Origin: an uncultured delta proteobacterium
GTDB lineage: Bacteria > Desulfobacterota > Binatia > DP-6
Assembly: GCA_963815115.1 (NCBI GenBank)
Contig: CAWFFN010000007.1
Location: 800,001-864,000, forward strand
DNA: 64,000 nucleotides
Direction of reading: 5' to 3'
Position numbers and translations under genes: made by a program. Positions 9,253 through 16,571 of this stretch are shown one piece after another; position 1 is the stretch's first letter; every line of letters starts with the position of its first letter. A model generated the notes under the pieces. It worked only from the letters and a program-made list of their open reading frames with translations. It did no database searches and was not told where the DNA came from.

Positions 9253-9977
9253 GGTGTGGCGTCTCCCACCGCATCCGCCGCCTGGAGCGCCGTCGCCTCG
9301 AGCGCGGCCTCGACGGCGGCGAGCGTCTCCGGACCGTCCGTGCGCTCGACCTGGATCGGCGCGCTCAGGCTGAGAACCACCCGGCCGAACGGCCGCGGAA
9401 CCATGAGCCGGTCCCAGGTCCGGAGCCGCCGCACCGGCGCGGCCGCGATGCCGATCGCAACCACCGGGGTGTGGGTGGCGCGTGCCAGCTGCACCACGCC
9501 CTCCTGGGCGCGATGGCGCGGACCTCGCGGCCCGTCCGGGATGACGACCAGGTCCTCCCCGCGCGCGTGCGCCGCGAGCAGGCCGCGCACGGCGCCCCGC
9601 CAGCCGCGCGTCGCCGATCCGCGGCTCGCCATCACCCCGAAGCGACGCACGGCCTGGGCGGCGACCTCGCCGTCCCGGTGCCAGCTGAGCACGACGCGCG
9701 GCCGGAGGATCGGGTGCACCCGGACCTTCATCAGCGGGAGCAGGAGTATCCCGTCGTGCCACGTCGCCCACACCACTCGCGCGCCGCGCGCATGCGCGTC
9801 GAGCACGCCATGCGGGTCGAGCCAGCGCACCCGGAGCGTGGCGTACACCGCCCGCAGCACCGCGGCGATCGCCCAGCCGCCGACGCCGACCAGCGCCCGA
9901 TCGCGCCACGTCCAGTGCCGCCGGAACGGCGAATCCTCCGCCTCGGCGGCGTCGCGAGCCGCGCGCGAGCTCGCCAT
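9249..9977 (-). CDS. DUF374 lysophospholipid acyltransferase family protein (LpxJ-like)
   Basis: WATWHDGILL, SWHRDGE, RGSATRG, PDGPRGP and TWDRLMVPRPF motifs; between msbA and waaA. Alternative GTG start at 9986. Confidence 0.85.
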   Translation of the reverse strand: MASSRAARDAAEAEDSPFRRHWTWRDRALVGVGGWAIAAVLRAVYATLRVRWLDPHGVLDAHARGARVVWATWHDGILLLPLMKVRVHPILRPRVVLSWHRDGEVAAQAVRRFGVMASRGSATRGWRGAVRGLLAAHARGEDLVVIPDGPRGPRHRAQEGVVQLARATHTPVVAIGIAAAPVRRLRTWDRLMVPRPFGRVVLSLSAPIQVERTDGPETLAAVEAALEATALQAADAVGDATP

Positions 9978-10005
9978 CGCGGTCACCGGGCCGGCTGCCC
10001 CACCG

Positions 10006-11775
10006 TCACCCGACCCGTCCCGCTACCGGGGCCACGACACCCTCTCCGCCCAGGTCGAGCTCGCCGAACTGCAGGTCGTAGAGCTTGCGGTACTCGCGGC
10101 CGCGCGCCATCAGCTCGTCGTGGGTGCCGCTCTCGACGATCTGCCCGTGCGACACCACGACAATGCGATCGGCCCGGCGAATGGTCGACAGGCGATGCGC
10201 CACCACCAGCGTCGTGCGATCGACCATGAGACGCTCGAGGGCCTCCTGCACGAGCCCTTCGGACTCCGTGTCGAGGGCCGAGGTCGCCTCGTCGAGAATC
10301 AGGATCGGGGCGTTCTTGAGGATGGCCCGCGCGATGGCCAGCCGCTGGCGCTGCCCGCCCGAGAGCCGCACCCCGAGATCGCCCACGAAGGTGTCGTAGC
10401 CCTTCGGCAGCGCCGTGATGAACCCGTGCGCGTTGGCCGCCCGCGCCGCGTCCATGATCGCGTCCAGGTCGGCGCCGTCGCTGCCGTAGGCAATGTTGGC
10501 GCGCACCGTGTCGTTGAACAGGAAGGTGAATTGCGCCACCACCGCCACGCGGGCGCGCAGGCTGTGCAGCGTGAGATCCCGGATGTCCACGCCGTCCACC
10601 GTGATGCGGCCCCGGGTGACGTCGTAGAGACGGGGGATGAGATCCGAGATGGTGCTCTTGCCGCCCCCGCTCATGCCGACCAGGGCCACCACCTTGCCCG
10701 CCGGGATGCGCAGGCTGATGCCGCGCAGTACCGGAGTGCCGGTCTCGTACTCGAACCACACGTCCTCGAAGGCGATGCCCGCACGGACCGCCGATAGGGT
10801 CGTGGCACCGGGTCGATCGACCACCTCGGGCTTGATGTCCATGAGAGCGAAGACGCGCTCCGCGCCCGCGATGCCCTGCTGGATCGTGTAGTTCGTCTTG
10901 ACCAGCTTCTTGAAGGGCTCGAAGAGCAGCACCACGGCCGCCACGAAGGCGGCGAAGCTCGCTCCCGCCTCCCGGGGGTTCGCGATGAAGCGCGCCCCGC
11001 CGTACCAGATGATGGCGGCGAGGGCGGGCGCGGCCAGCAGATCCGTCAGGGGCAACGAGCGCACGCGGCTGCTGCGCATGAACAGCCGGAAGATGCGCTC
11101 GTCCTGGTCATGGAATCGCCCCGCCTCGTAGCCCTCCTGTCCGAACAGCTTGACGACGCGGTTGCCCTGCACGTTCTCGTGCAGCATGGCGTTCAAGCGC
11201 GCCGCCGCCTCCTGCTGGCGGCGGCTGTTCTGGCGCTGCGACCTCGAGAACATGCGCAGGGGAAGCGCCGCCGCCGGGAACACCAGCACCGCGACCAGGG
11301 CCAGCATCCAGTTCATGTAGAAGGCGCCGGCGACCAGACCGATGAGGGTGGTGGTGTCCTGGAAGATGGACCGCACGGCGTCGGTGACCGAGCTGCGGAC
11401 CAGGGTCACGTCGGCCGTCACCCGCGACACGATCTGGCCCGCGCGCTGCCGGTTGAAGAACGCCAGGTCGAGCTTCTGCAGGTGCGTCGTGAGCTCGTTG
11501 CGCATGTTGGTGACGACGCGCTGCCCCACCCAGTCGTTCAGGTAGCCCGCGACGAACCCCACGCCACCGCGGAGCAGCGACAAGCCGAGCGCGAGGCCCG
11601 CGAGCCGGGGGAGCGCCTGGGGCTGCTGGCTGCCGAGCTGATCGATGAGGAACTTGATCAGGAACGGCACACTGCTCTCGATGGCGCTGAACGCGAGCAT
11701 GAAGGCGATCGCGAGCACACCGTACGGCCAGATCAGCGGCGCGAGATAGCGCAGCATGCGCCGGTAGGTGCTCAT
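10006..11775 (-). CDS. msbA: Lipid A flippase ABC transporter
   Basis: TM domain plus Walker A GMSGGGKS, LSGGQRQR and ILILDEATSALD; follows lpxB. Confidence 0.92.
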   Translation of the reverse strand: MSTYRRMLRYLAPLIWPYGVLAIAFMLAFSAIESSVPFLIKFLIDQLGSQQPQALPRLAGLALGLSLLRGGVGFVAGYLNDWVGQRVVTNMRNELTTHLQKLDLAFFNRQRAGQIVSRVTADVTLVRSSVTDAVRSIFQDTTTLIGLVAGAFYMNWMLALVAVLVFPAAALPLRMFSRSQRQNSRRQQEAAARLNAMLHENVQGNRVVKLFGQEGYEAGRFHDQDERIFRLFMRSSRVRSLPLTDLLAAPALAAIIWYGGARFIANPREAGASFAAFVAAVVLLFEPFKKLVKTNYTIQQGIAGAERVFALMDIKPEVVDRPGATTLSAVRAGIAFEDVWFEYETGTPVLRGISLRIPAGKVVALVGMSGGGKSTISDLIPRLYDVTRGRITVDGVDIRDLTLHSLRARVAVVAQFTFLFNDTVRANIAYGSDGADLDAIMDAARAANAHGFITALPKGYDTFVGDLGVRLSGGQRQRLAIARAILKNAPILILDEATSALDTESEGLVQEALERLMVDRTTLVVAHRLSTIRRADRIVVVSHGQIVESGTHDELMARGREYRKLYDLQFGELDLGGEGVVAPVAGRVG

Positions 11776-12959
11776 CGCGCCTCCGCCCCCATCAGCTCGG
11801 CGGCGATCGCCGCCGCGCGCGTGGCGGCCCCGCCGCGGCCGAGCGCGCGACGGACGTCGCGCAGCCCCGCCCGGATGGCACCTTGCCGCGCCGGATCCTC
11901 GAGGATGGCCTGCGCCGCGGCCGCGATGCGCGGACCCGTCGCCTCCCGCTGGAGCAGCTCCGGCACCACCAGGCGGCCGGCGACGATGTTCGGCATCCCG
12001 ACGTGCCGCACGCCGCGCACCAGCAATCGACCGAGCGCGAAGGTCACGGGGGAGAGGCGATAGACGATGACCATCGGGCACTCGAGGAGCGCGCACTCGA
12101 GCGTCGCCGTTCCGGAGGTGACGAGCGCGATGTCCGACGCGGCGATCAGGTTGTAGAGGTCGCCGCCGATCACCGGCACGGGCACGCCGGCGTGGCGCAC
12201 CCGCGCTTCCACGTCCGCCCGATCGAGCGTGTGGGCGAGGCCGAGCGGAAACTGGTAGCGGCCGGTGCCCGCCAGCTCGCGGACCGCGGCGAGCAGCCGC
12301 GGCAGGATGTAGTCGATCTCCTTGGCCCGGCTGCCTGGCAGCAGCAGCACCGTGGGGCGCTCCGGGTCGAGCCCGTGCAGGCGCAGCGTCTCCTCGCGGC
12401 TGCGGGTCGCCATGGTGCGATCGAGCAGCGGGTGACCGACGAACTCCACCCCGGCCAGCCGGCCGGCGTACAGCCCGGGCTCGAACGGGAACACCACCGC
12501 GAGGCGGTCGACGAGCCGCGCGATCTGCCGCACGCGGCCGCGCCGCCACGCCCAGACCTGGGGCCCGATGTAGTAGAGGACGGGAACGCCCGCGCGCTTC
12601 GCCACCCGGGCCAGCCGGAGGTTGAACTCCGGGAAGTCGATCAGCACGCAGAGGTCGGGCCGGCGCTCGCGCAGGCGGCGCGCCAGGGCACGGTAGACGC
12701 GCACGAGGGTGCGCAGCCGTCCCACGCCCTCGAGGACGCCCACGGTCGCGACCTCGCCGGCGTCCGCCACGGTGTGCATGCCCGCGGCCCGCAGCCGTTC
12801 GCCGCCCAGCCCGAACACCTCGACGTCCGGCAGCCGCGCTCGGAGGGCGTCCAGGAGGTCGGCCCCGTGGAGGTCACCCGAGGCCTCCCCGGCGACCAGC
12901 AGCACGCGACGCGGCGGAGAGACGCTCAGCGCCTGCGACCCTTCCACGGAGCTCGTCAT
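11772..12959 (-). CDS. lpxB: Lipid-A-disaccharide synthase
   Basis: AGEASGDLHG, IDFPEFN, PQVWAWR, FVGHPL, LPGSR and SGTATLE motifs. Confidence 0.96.
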   Translation of the reverse strand: MTSSVEGSQALSVSPPRRVLLVAGEASGDLHGADLLDALRARLPDVEVFGLGGERLRAAGMHTVADAGEVATVGVLEGVGRLRTLVRVYRALARRLRERRPDLCVLIDFPEFNLRLARVAKRAGVPVLYYIGPQVWAWRRGRVRQIARLVDRLAVVFPFEPGLYAGRLAGVEFVGHPLLDRTMATRSREETLRLHGLDPERPTVLLLPGSRAKEIDYILPRLLAAVRELAGTGRYQFPLGLAHTLDRADVEARVRHAGVPVPVIGGDLYNLIAASDIALVTSGTATLECALLECPMVIVYRLSPVTFALGRLLVRGVRHVGMPNIVAGRLVVPELLQREATGPRIAAAAQAILEDPARQGAIRAGLRDVRRALGRGGAATRAAAIAAELMGAEAR

Positions 12960-13921
12960 CCTCCGCGGGCGGCCTGCGCCGCACGCACCTCCATCTCGAC
13001 GCTCTCGCGAATGACGTGCGCGACCTCGAGGGCGCGCAGGCCGTCCCAGCCGGTGACGGGAGGCGACTCCCGGGCCCGCACGGCCTGGACGAAGGCATCG
13101 ATCTCCTCGCGGAGCGCGTCGCCCTCCCGGACCTCCAGATCCTCCATGGTGAGCGACGGGTGTCCGTTGCCGTCCGGCTCGCGCCTGCAGACCCGGACCC
13201 GGCGCTCGTCGAAGTCGAGCGAGAAGTAGGCGTCGGGCTGGAAGATGCGCAGCTTGCGCTCCCGCTTGAGCGAGACGCGGCTCGCGGTCACGTTCGCGAT
13301 GCAGCCGTTGGCGAAGCGCAGCCGGGCGTTGGCGATGTCGACCGACGGCGTCAGCACCGGCACGCCCACCGCCTCGATCGCGCGCACCGGCGACGCGACC
13401 ATGCTGAGGATCAGGTCGAGATCGTGGATCATGAGATCCAGGACCACGTCGACGTCCGTGCCGCGCTCGCCGAACTGGGCCAGTCGCTGGCACTCGATGA
13501 AGCGTGGCTCCGTCACCCGCCCACCGAGCGCGCGTATGGCGGGGTTGAAGCGCTCGAGATGGCCCACCTGCAACACGCGGCCGCCGCGCACCGCGAGCTC
13601 CAGGAGCGCCTTGCCGTCCTCGATCGTGGTGGTGAGCGGCTTCTCCACCAGGACGTCCACGCCGGCCTCGAGCAGATCGCGCGCCACCCGGTGGTGCAGC
13701 GGGGTCGGTACCGCCACGCTCGCGCAGTCGACCCGACCGGCGAGGGCGTGGTGATCCGTCAGCGCCGGCACGCCCAGCGCCTCGCCCACGGCCCGCGCGC
13801 GCGACCCGTCGATGTCGACGACCGCGGCGAGCTCGACGCCGGGATGAGCCGCGTACTTCTCGGCGTGAAAGCGCCCGAGGTGCCCCACGCCCACGACCGC
13901 CGCTCGAAGCCGCGCACTCAT
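12956..13921 (-). CDS. gnnA: Gfo/Idh/MocA oxidoreductase, probable UDP-GlcNAc 3-dehydrogenase (GnnA-like)
   Basis: GVGHLGRFH, VLVEKP, VGHLERFNPA and DLMIHDLD motifs; sits between lpxI and lpxB, the known gnnA context. Confidence 0.8.
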   Translation of the reverse strand: MSARLRAAVVGVGHLGRFHAEKYAAHPGVELAAVVDIDGSRARAVGEALGVPALTDHHALAGRVDCASVAVPTPLHHRVARDLLEAGVDVLVEKPLTTTIEDGKALLELAVRGGRVLQVGHLERFNPAIRALGGRVTEPRFIECQRLAQFGERGTDVDVVLDLMIHDLDLILSMVASPVRAIEAVGVPVLTPSVDIANARLRFANGCIANVTASRVSLKRERKLRIFQPDAYFSLDFDERRVRVCRREPDGNGHPSLTMEDLEVREGDALREEIDAFVQAVRARESPPVTGWDGLRALEVAHVIRESVEMEVRAAQAARGG

Positions 13922-14739
13922 GCCAGTGCCCCCGTTCCGTCCACCGCCACCACGGTGATGTCCGACTTGTCTGCCAGCTCCAGCATCTCCTGCCGGTCCA
14001 GGATGATCGTGCGCCCGGCCTCGATGCCGAGCGCGCGCCCCCGTACCTCGGCGATCGCACGGATCGTCTCCGGGCCGACCGCGGGCAGATCGAAGCGCAG
14101 GTCCTGCGTCGGCTTGCAGGCCTTCACGACCACGATGTCGCCGTTCACCAGCTGGCCGGCGCGCCGGATCGTGGCATCGGTGCCCTCGATCCCCTCCACC
14201 GCGACGACGGCGCTCCCGCGCACGACGACGCTCTGCCCGATGTCGAACTGCCCGATCACCTTGGCGGCGCGGAAGCCGAAGTGGATGTCGGCCCATTCCT
14301 CGGGAGTCGGCGCCCGGGCGGACAGGACTCCCGCGCTGGGCACGATCTCCTGCAGGTAGAGCGTCGACTCGACGATCCGGATGCCCTCGCTCTCGAGCTC
14401 GAGCGCGAGGGCGCGCAGCAGGACGTCGTCGCGCAGCGTGCCGCAGCGCGCGATGACCGCCATCGCCCGCGCGTCGGGCCTGAACTCCCGGAACAGGCGC
14501 GGCTTGGCGATGCCGCCCACCATGACGGCCCGGGCCACCCCGGCCTCCTTCAGCGCGCGGATCAACGCCTCGAGCTGGCCGGCCTGCACCCACGTGATCG
14601 CCTCGACCACCTCGCTGAGCGCCTCGGCGGTCTCTCCGAGATGGGCGACGGCGACCACCGCGACGCCGCGCCGGCGCGCAGTCTCCGCGAAGAGCACGGG
14701 GAAGCGGCCGCTGCCGGCGATGAGTCCGACGCGCTCCAT
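13918..14739 (-). CDS. lpxI: UDP-2,3-diacylglucosamine diphosphatase LpxI
   Basis: GLIAGSGRFP, DIGQSVVV, AVEGIEGTDATIRR and QDLRFDLPAVG motifs; directly after lpxA. Confidence 0.95.
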   Translation of the reverse strand: MERVGLIAGSGRFPVLFAETARRRGVAVVAVAHLGETAEALSEVVEAITWVQAGQLEALIRALKEAGVARAVMVGGIAKPRLFREFRPDARAMAVIARCGTLRDDVLLRALALELESEGIRIVESTLYLQEIVPSAGVLSARAPTPEEWADIHFGFRAAKVIGQFDIGQSVVVRGSAVVAVEGIEGTDATIRRAGQLVNGDIVVVKACKPTQDLRFDLPAVGPETIRAIAEVRGRALGIEAGRTIILDRQEMLELADKSDITVVAVDGTGALA

Positions 14740-14743
14740 CGTT

Positions 14744-15907
14744 CTACCGGCAGATGCCGCGCGGCGAGTCCGCGATGAAGGCGAGCAGCCGCTCGACCTC
14801 GGGCACCTCGCCGAGGCGCGCGCGGACCTGTCCCACCCCTTCTCGGCGCGAGCGACCTCCGTGAAACAGCATGCGGTAGGCGCGGCGAAGTGCCTGGATC
14901 GTGGCCACCGACATCCCCCGGCGGCGCAGGCCGATCGTGTTCAGGCCGAAGAGCCGCGCCCGATCACCGGCCACGACGCAGAACGGCGGCACGTCCTTCG
15001 AGACCATCGCCCCGGCCGCACACAGGGACGACTCTCCGAGCCGCACGAACTGGTGCACGCCCGCGAGCCCGCCGACGATGGCATGGCTCGCGACCGTCAC
15101 GTGCCCGCCGAGCGCCACGCCGTTGGCGAGAATCACGGAATCCTCCAGGCTGCAGTCGTGAGCCACGTGTGAGGACACCATGAAGAGGCAGCCGCTTCCG
15201 ATGCGGGTCTCCATGCCGCCTCCCTCGGTGCCGGGATTGAGGGAGACGTACTCGCGCACGATGTTGGCGTCGCCCAGGACCAGCCGGCTCGGCTCGCCGC
15301 GATACTTGAGATCCTGCGGCACGCCGCCGACGCTCGCGAACGAGAAGATCCGGTTGCGCTCCCCGACGGTCGTCACGCCGTCCACCACGGCATGCGACCC
15401 GACCCAGGTCCCTCGACCGAGGCTCACGCGCGGTCCGATCACCGCGTAGGGGCCGATCCGCACGCCGTCCGCCAGCTCGGCGAGCCGCGCGACGACCGCC
15501 GTCGGATGCACCTGCGGCCCGCGCGGTGTGCTCATCGCGAACTCGACCTCGGCGACCACCGCCTCGCCGAGCGCGACCACCCCCCGGAAGCGCCAGCCGG
15601 GACCCCGGCTGAGCGCGGAGACCTCGAGCCGGAGCGCATCGCCAGGGATGACCGGGCGCCGGAACCGCGCTCGCTGCACGCCGGCGAGGCTCACGCTGCC
15701 GTCATCGGCGGCCACCGCCGCCCCGAGCTGCGCCAGGGCCTCGCACAGCAGGACGCCCGGCACCACCGGGACGCCGGGGAAGTGTCCCGCGAAGTACGGC
15801 TCGTTGGCGCTGACGAGCTTCGCCCCGACGGCCCGGACGCCAGGCTCCACCTCGATCACCTGATCGAGGAGGGGGTACGGGAAGGTCTGGCTGGCGGGGG
15901 GGGGGAT
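14744..15907 (-). CDS. lpxA: Fused 3-hydroxyacyl-ACP dehydratase (FabZ) / UDP-GlcNAc O-acyltransferase (LpxA)
   Basis: One frame carries the FabZ domain (FPYPLLDQVIE, NEPYFAGHFP..PGVLLCEALAQ) then LpxA from Met at 15535 (VHPTAVV, PQDLKY, HVAHDC, VHQF, DVPPF). First standard start is GTG 15859, but homology and an AAGGAG RBS point to about 15907. Confidence 0.88.
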   Translation of the reverse strand: MPPPASQTFPYPLLDQVIEVEPGVRAVGAKLVSANEPYFAGHFPGVPVVPGVLLCEALAQLGAAVAADDGSVSLAGVQRARFRRPVIPGDALRLEVSALSRGPGWRFRGVVALGEAVVAEVEFAMSTPRGPQVHPTAVVARLAELADGVRIGPYAVIGPRVSLGRGTWVGSHAVVDGVTTVGERNRIFSFASVGGVPQDLKYRGEPSRLVLGDANIVREYVSLNPGTEGGGMETRIGSGCLFMVSSHVAHDCSLEDSVILANGVALGGHVTVASHAIVGGLAGVHQFVRLGESSLCAAGAMVSKDVPPFCVVAGDRARLFGLNTIGLRRRGMSVATIQALRRAYRMLFHGGRSRREGVGQVRARLGEVPEVERLLAFIADSPRGICR

Positions 15908-15920
15908 GAGAGCCTACTCC

Positions 15921-16544
15921 TTAGTCCTTGTCCTTGTTGTCCTTGAGGCCCGGGAGCTGGAGCTGGGGCTGGGGCTGGGCCTGGGGCTTGGCCGGGGCCT
16001 TCGCACCGGGCGAGCTGTTGTGGATCTTGACGATGGCGTCCGTGATGTCCAGCGCCTTGTCGGCATAGAGGAGCCCGCTGCTCGCCTCCAGGATCAGGGT
16101 GTATCCCTGCTGCTTCCCGTATTCGCTCACGATGCCGTAGAGCTGCTCGACGATCCCGGACGTCAGCTCGGCGTCGGTCCGCTTGAGGTCGCGCTGCATG
16201 TCCTCGTACTTGCGCTTGAAGTCGAGGGTCCGGTTCTCGAGCTCGCGCTCCCGATCGCGGCGGTCGTCTTCCTTGAGGAGGATGGACTTCTTCTCGAACT
16301 CGTCACGCGCCTTGTCGAGATCGTCGCGCTCCTTCTTGAGCTCGTTCTGCGCCTTGTCGAACTTGCCGCGGACCTGATCCTTGGCCTTCTTGCCCGCGTC
16401 GCATTCGTTCAGCGCGCGCTGCATGTCCACCACCGCCACGCGCATCTCCGCCCGGGCGGCCGTGGCGAAGGCCAGGGCCGCGACGCTCGCGATCACGAGC
16501 AGCCGGCTCGCGCGGTTGTGCTGGATCCGATGACCGATGTGCAT
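15921..16544 (-). CDS. skp: Periplasmic chaperone Skp/OmpH
   Basis: Signal peptide, RVAVVDMQRAL, coiled coil, GYTLILE..LLYADKALDITDAIV; follows bamA. Confidence 0.92.
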   Translation of the reverse strand: MHIGHRIQHNRASRLLVIASVAALAFATAARAEMRVAVVDMQRALNECDAGKKAKDQVRGKFDKAQNELKKERDDLDKARDEFEKKSILLKEDDRRDRERELENRTLDFKRKYEDMQRDLKRTDAELTSGIVEQLYGIVSEYGKQQGYTLILEASSGLLYADKALDITDAIVKIHNSSPGAKAPAKPQAQPQPQLQLPGLKDNKDKD

Positions 16545-16571
16545 CCTCCACCCCTTGTCGTACGCGATGGT

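Noticed and set aside
6899-9274. Apparent long N-terminal extensions or fusions in the ORF track (lpxK, msbA, lpxB, gnnA, GT9, iscA, ttuA, trmI)
   Set aside because: Extensions overlap the upstream real gene in another frame. True starts sit at ATGA/GTGA overlaps or at RBS/promoter-supported codons.
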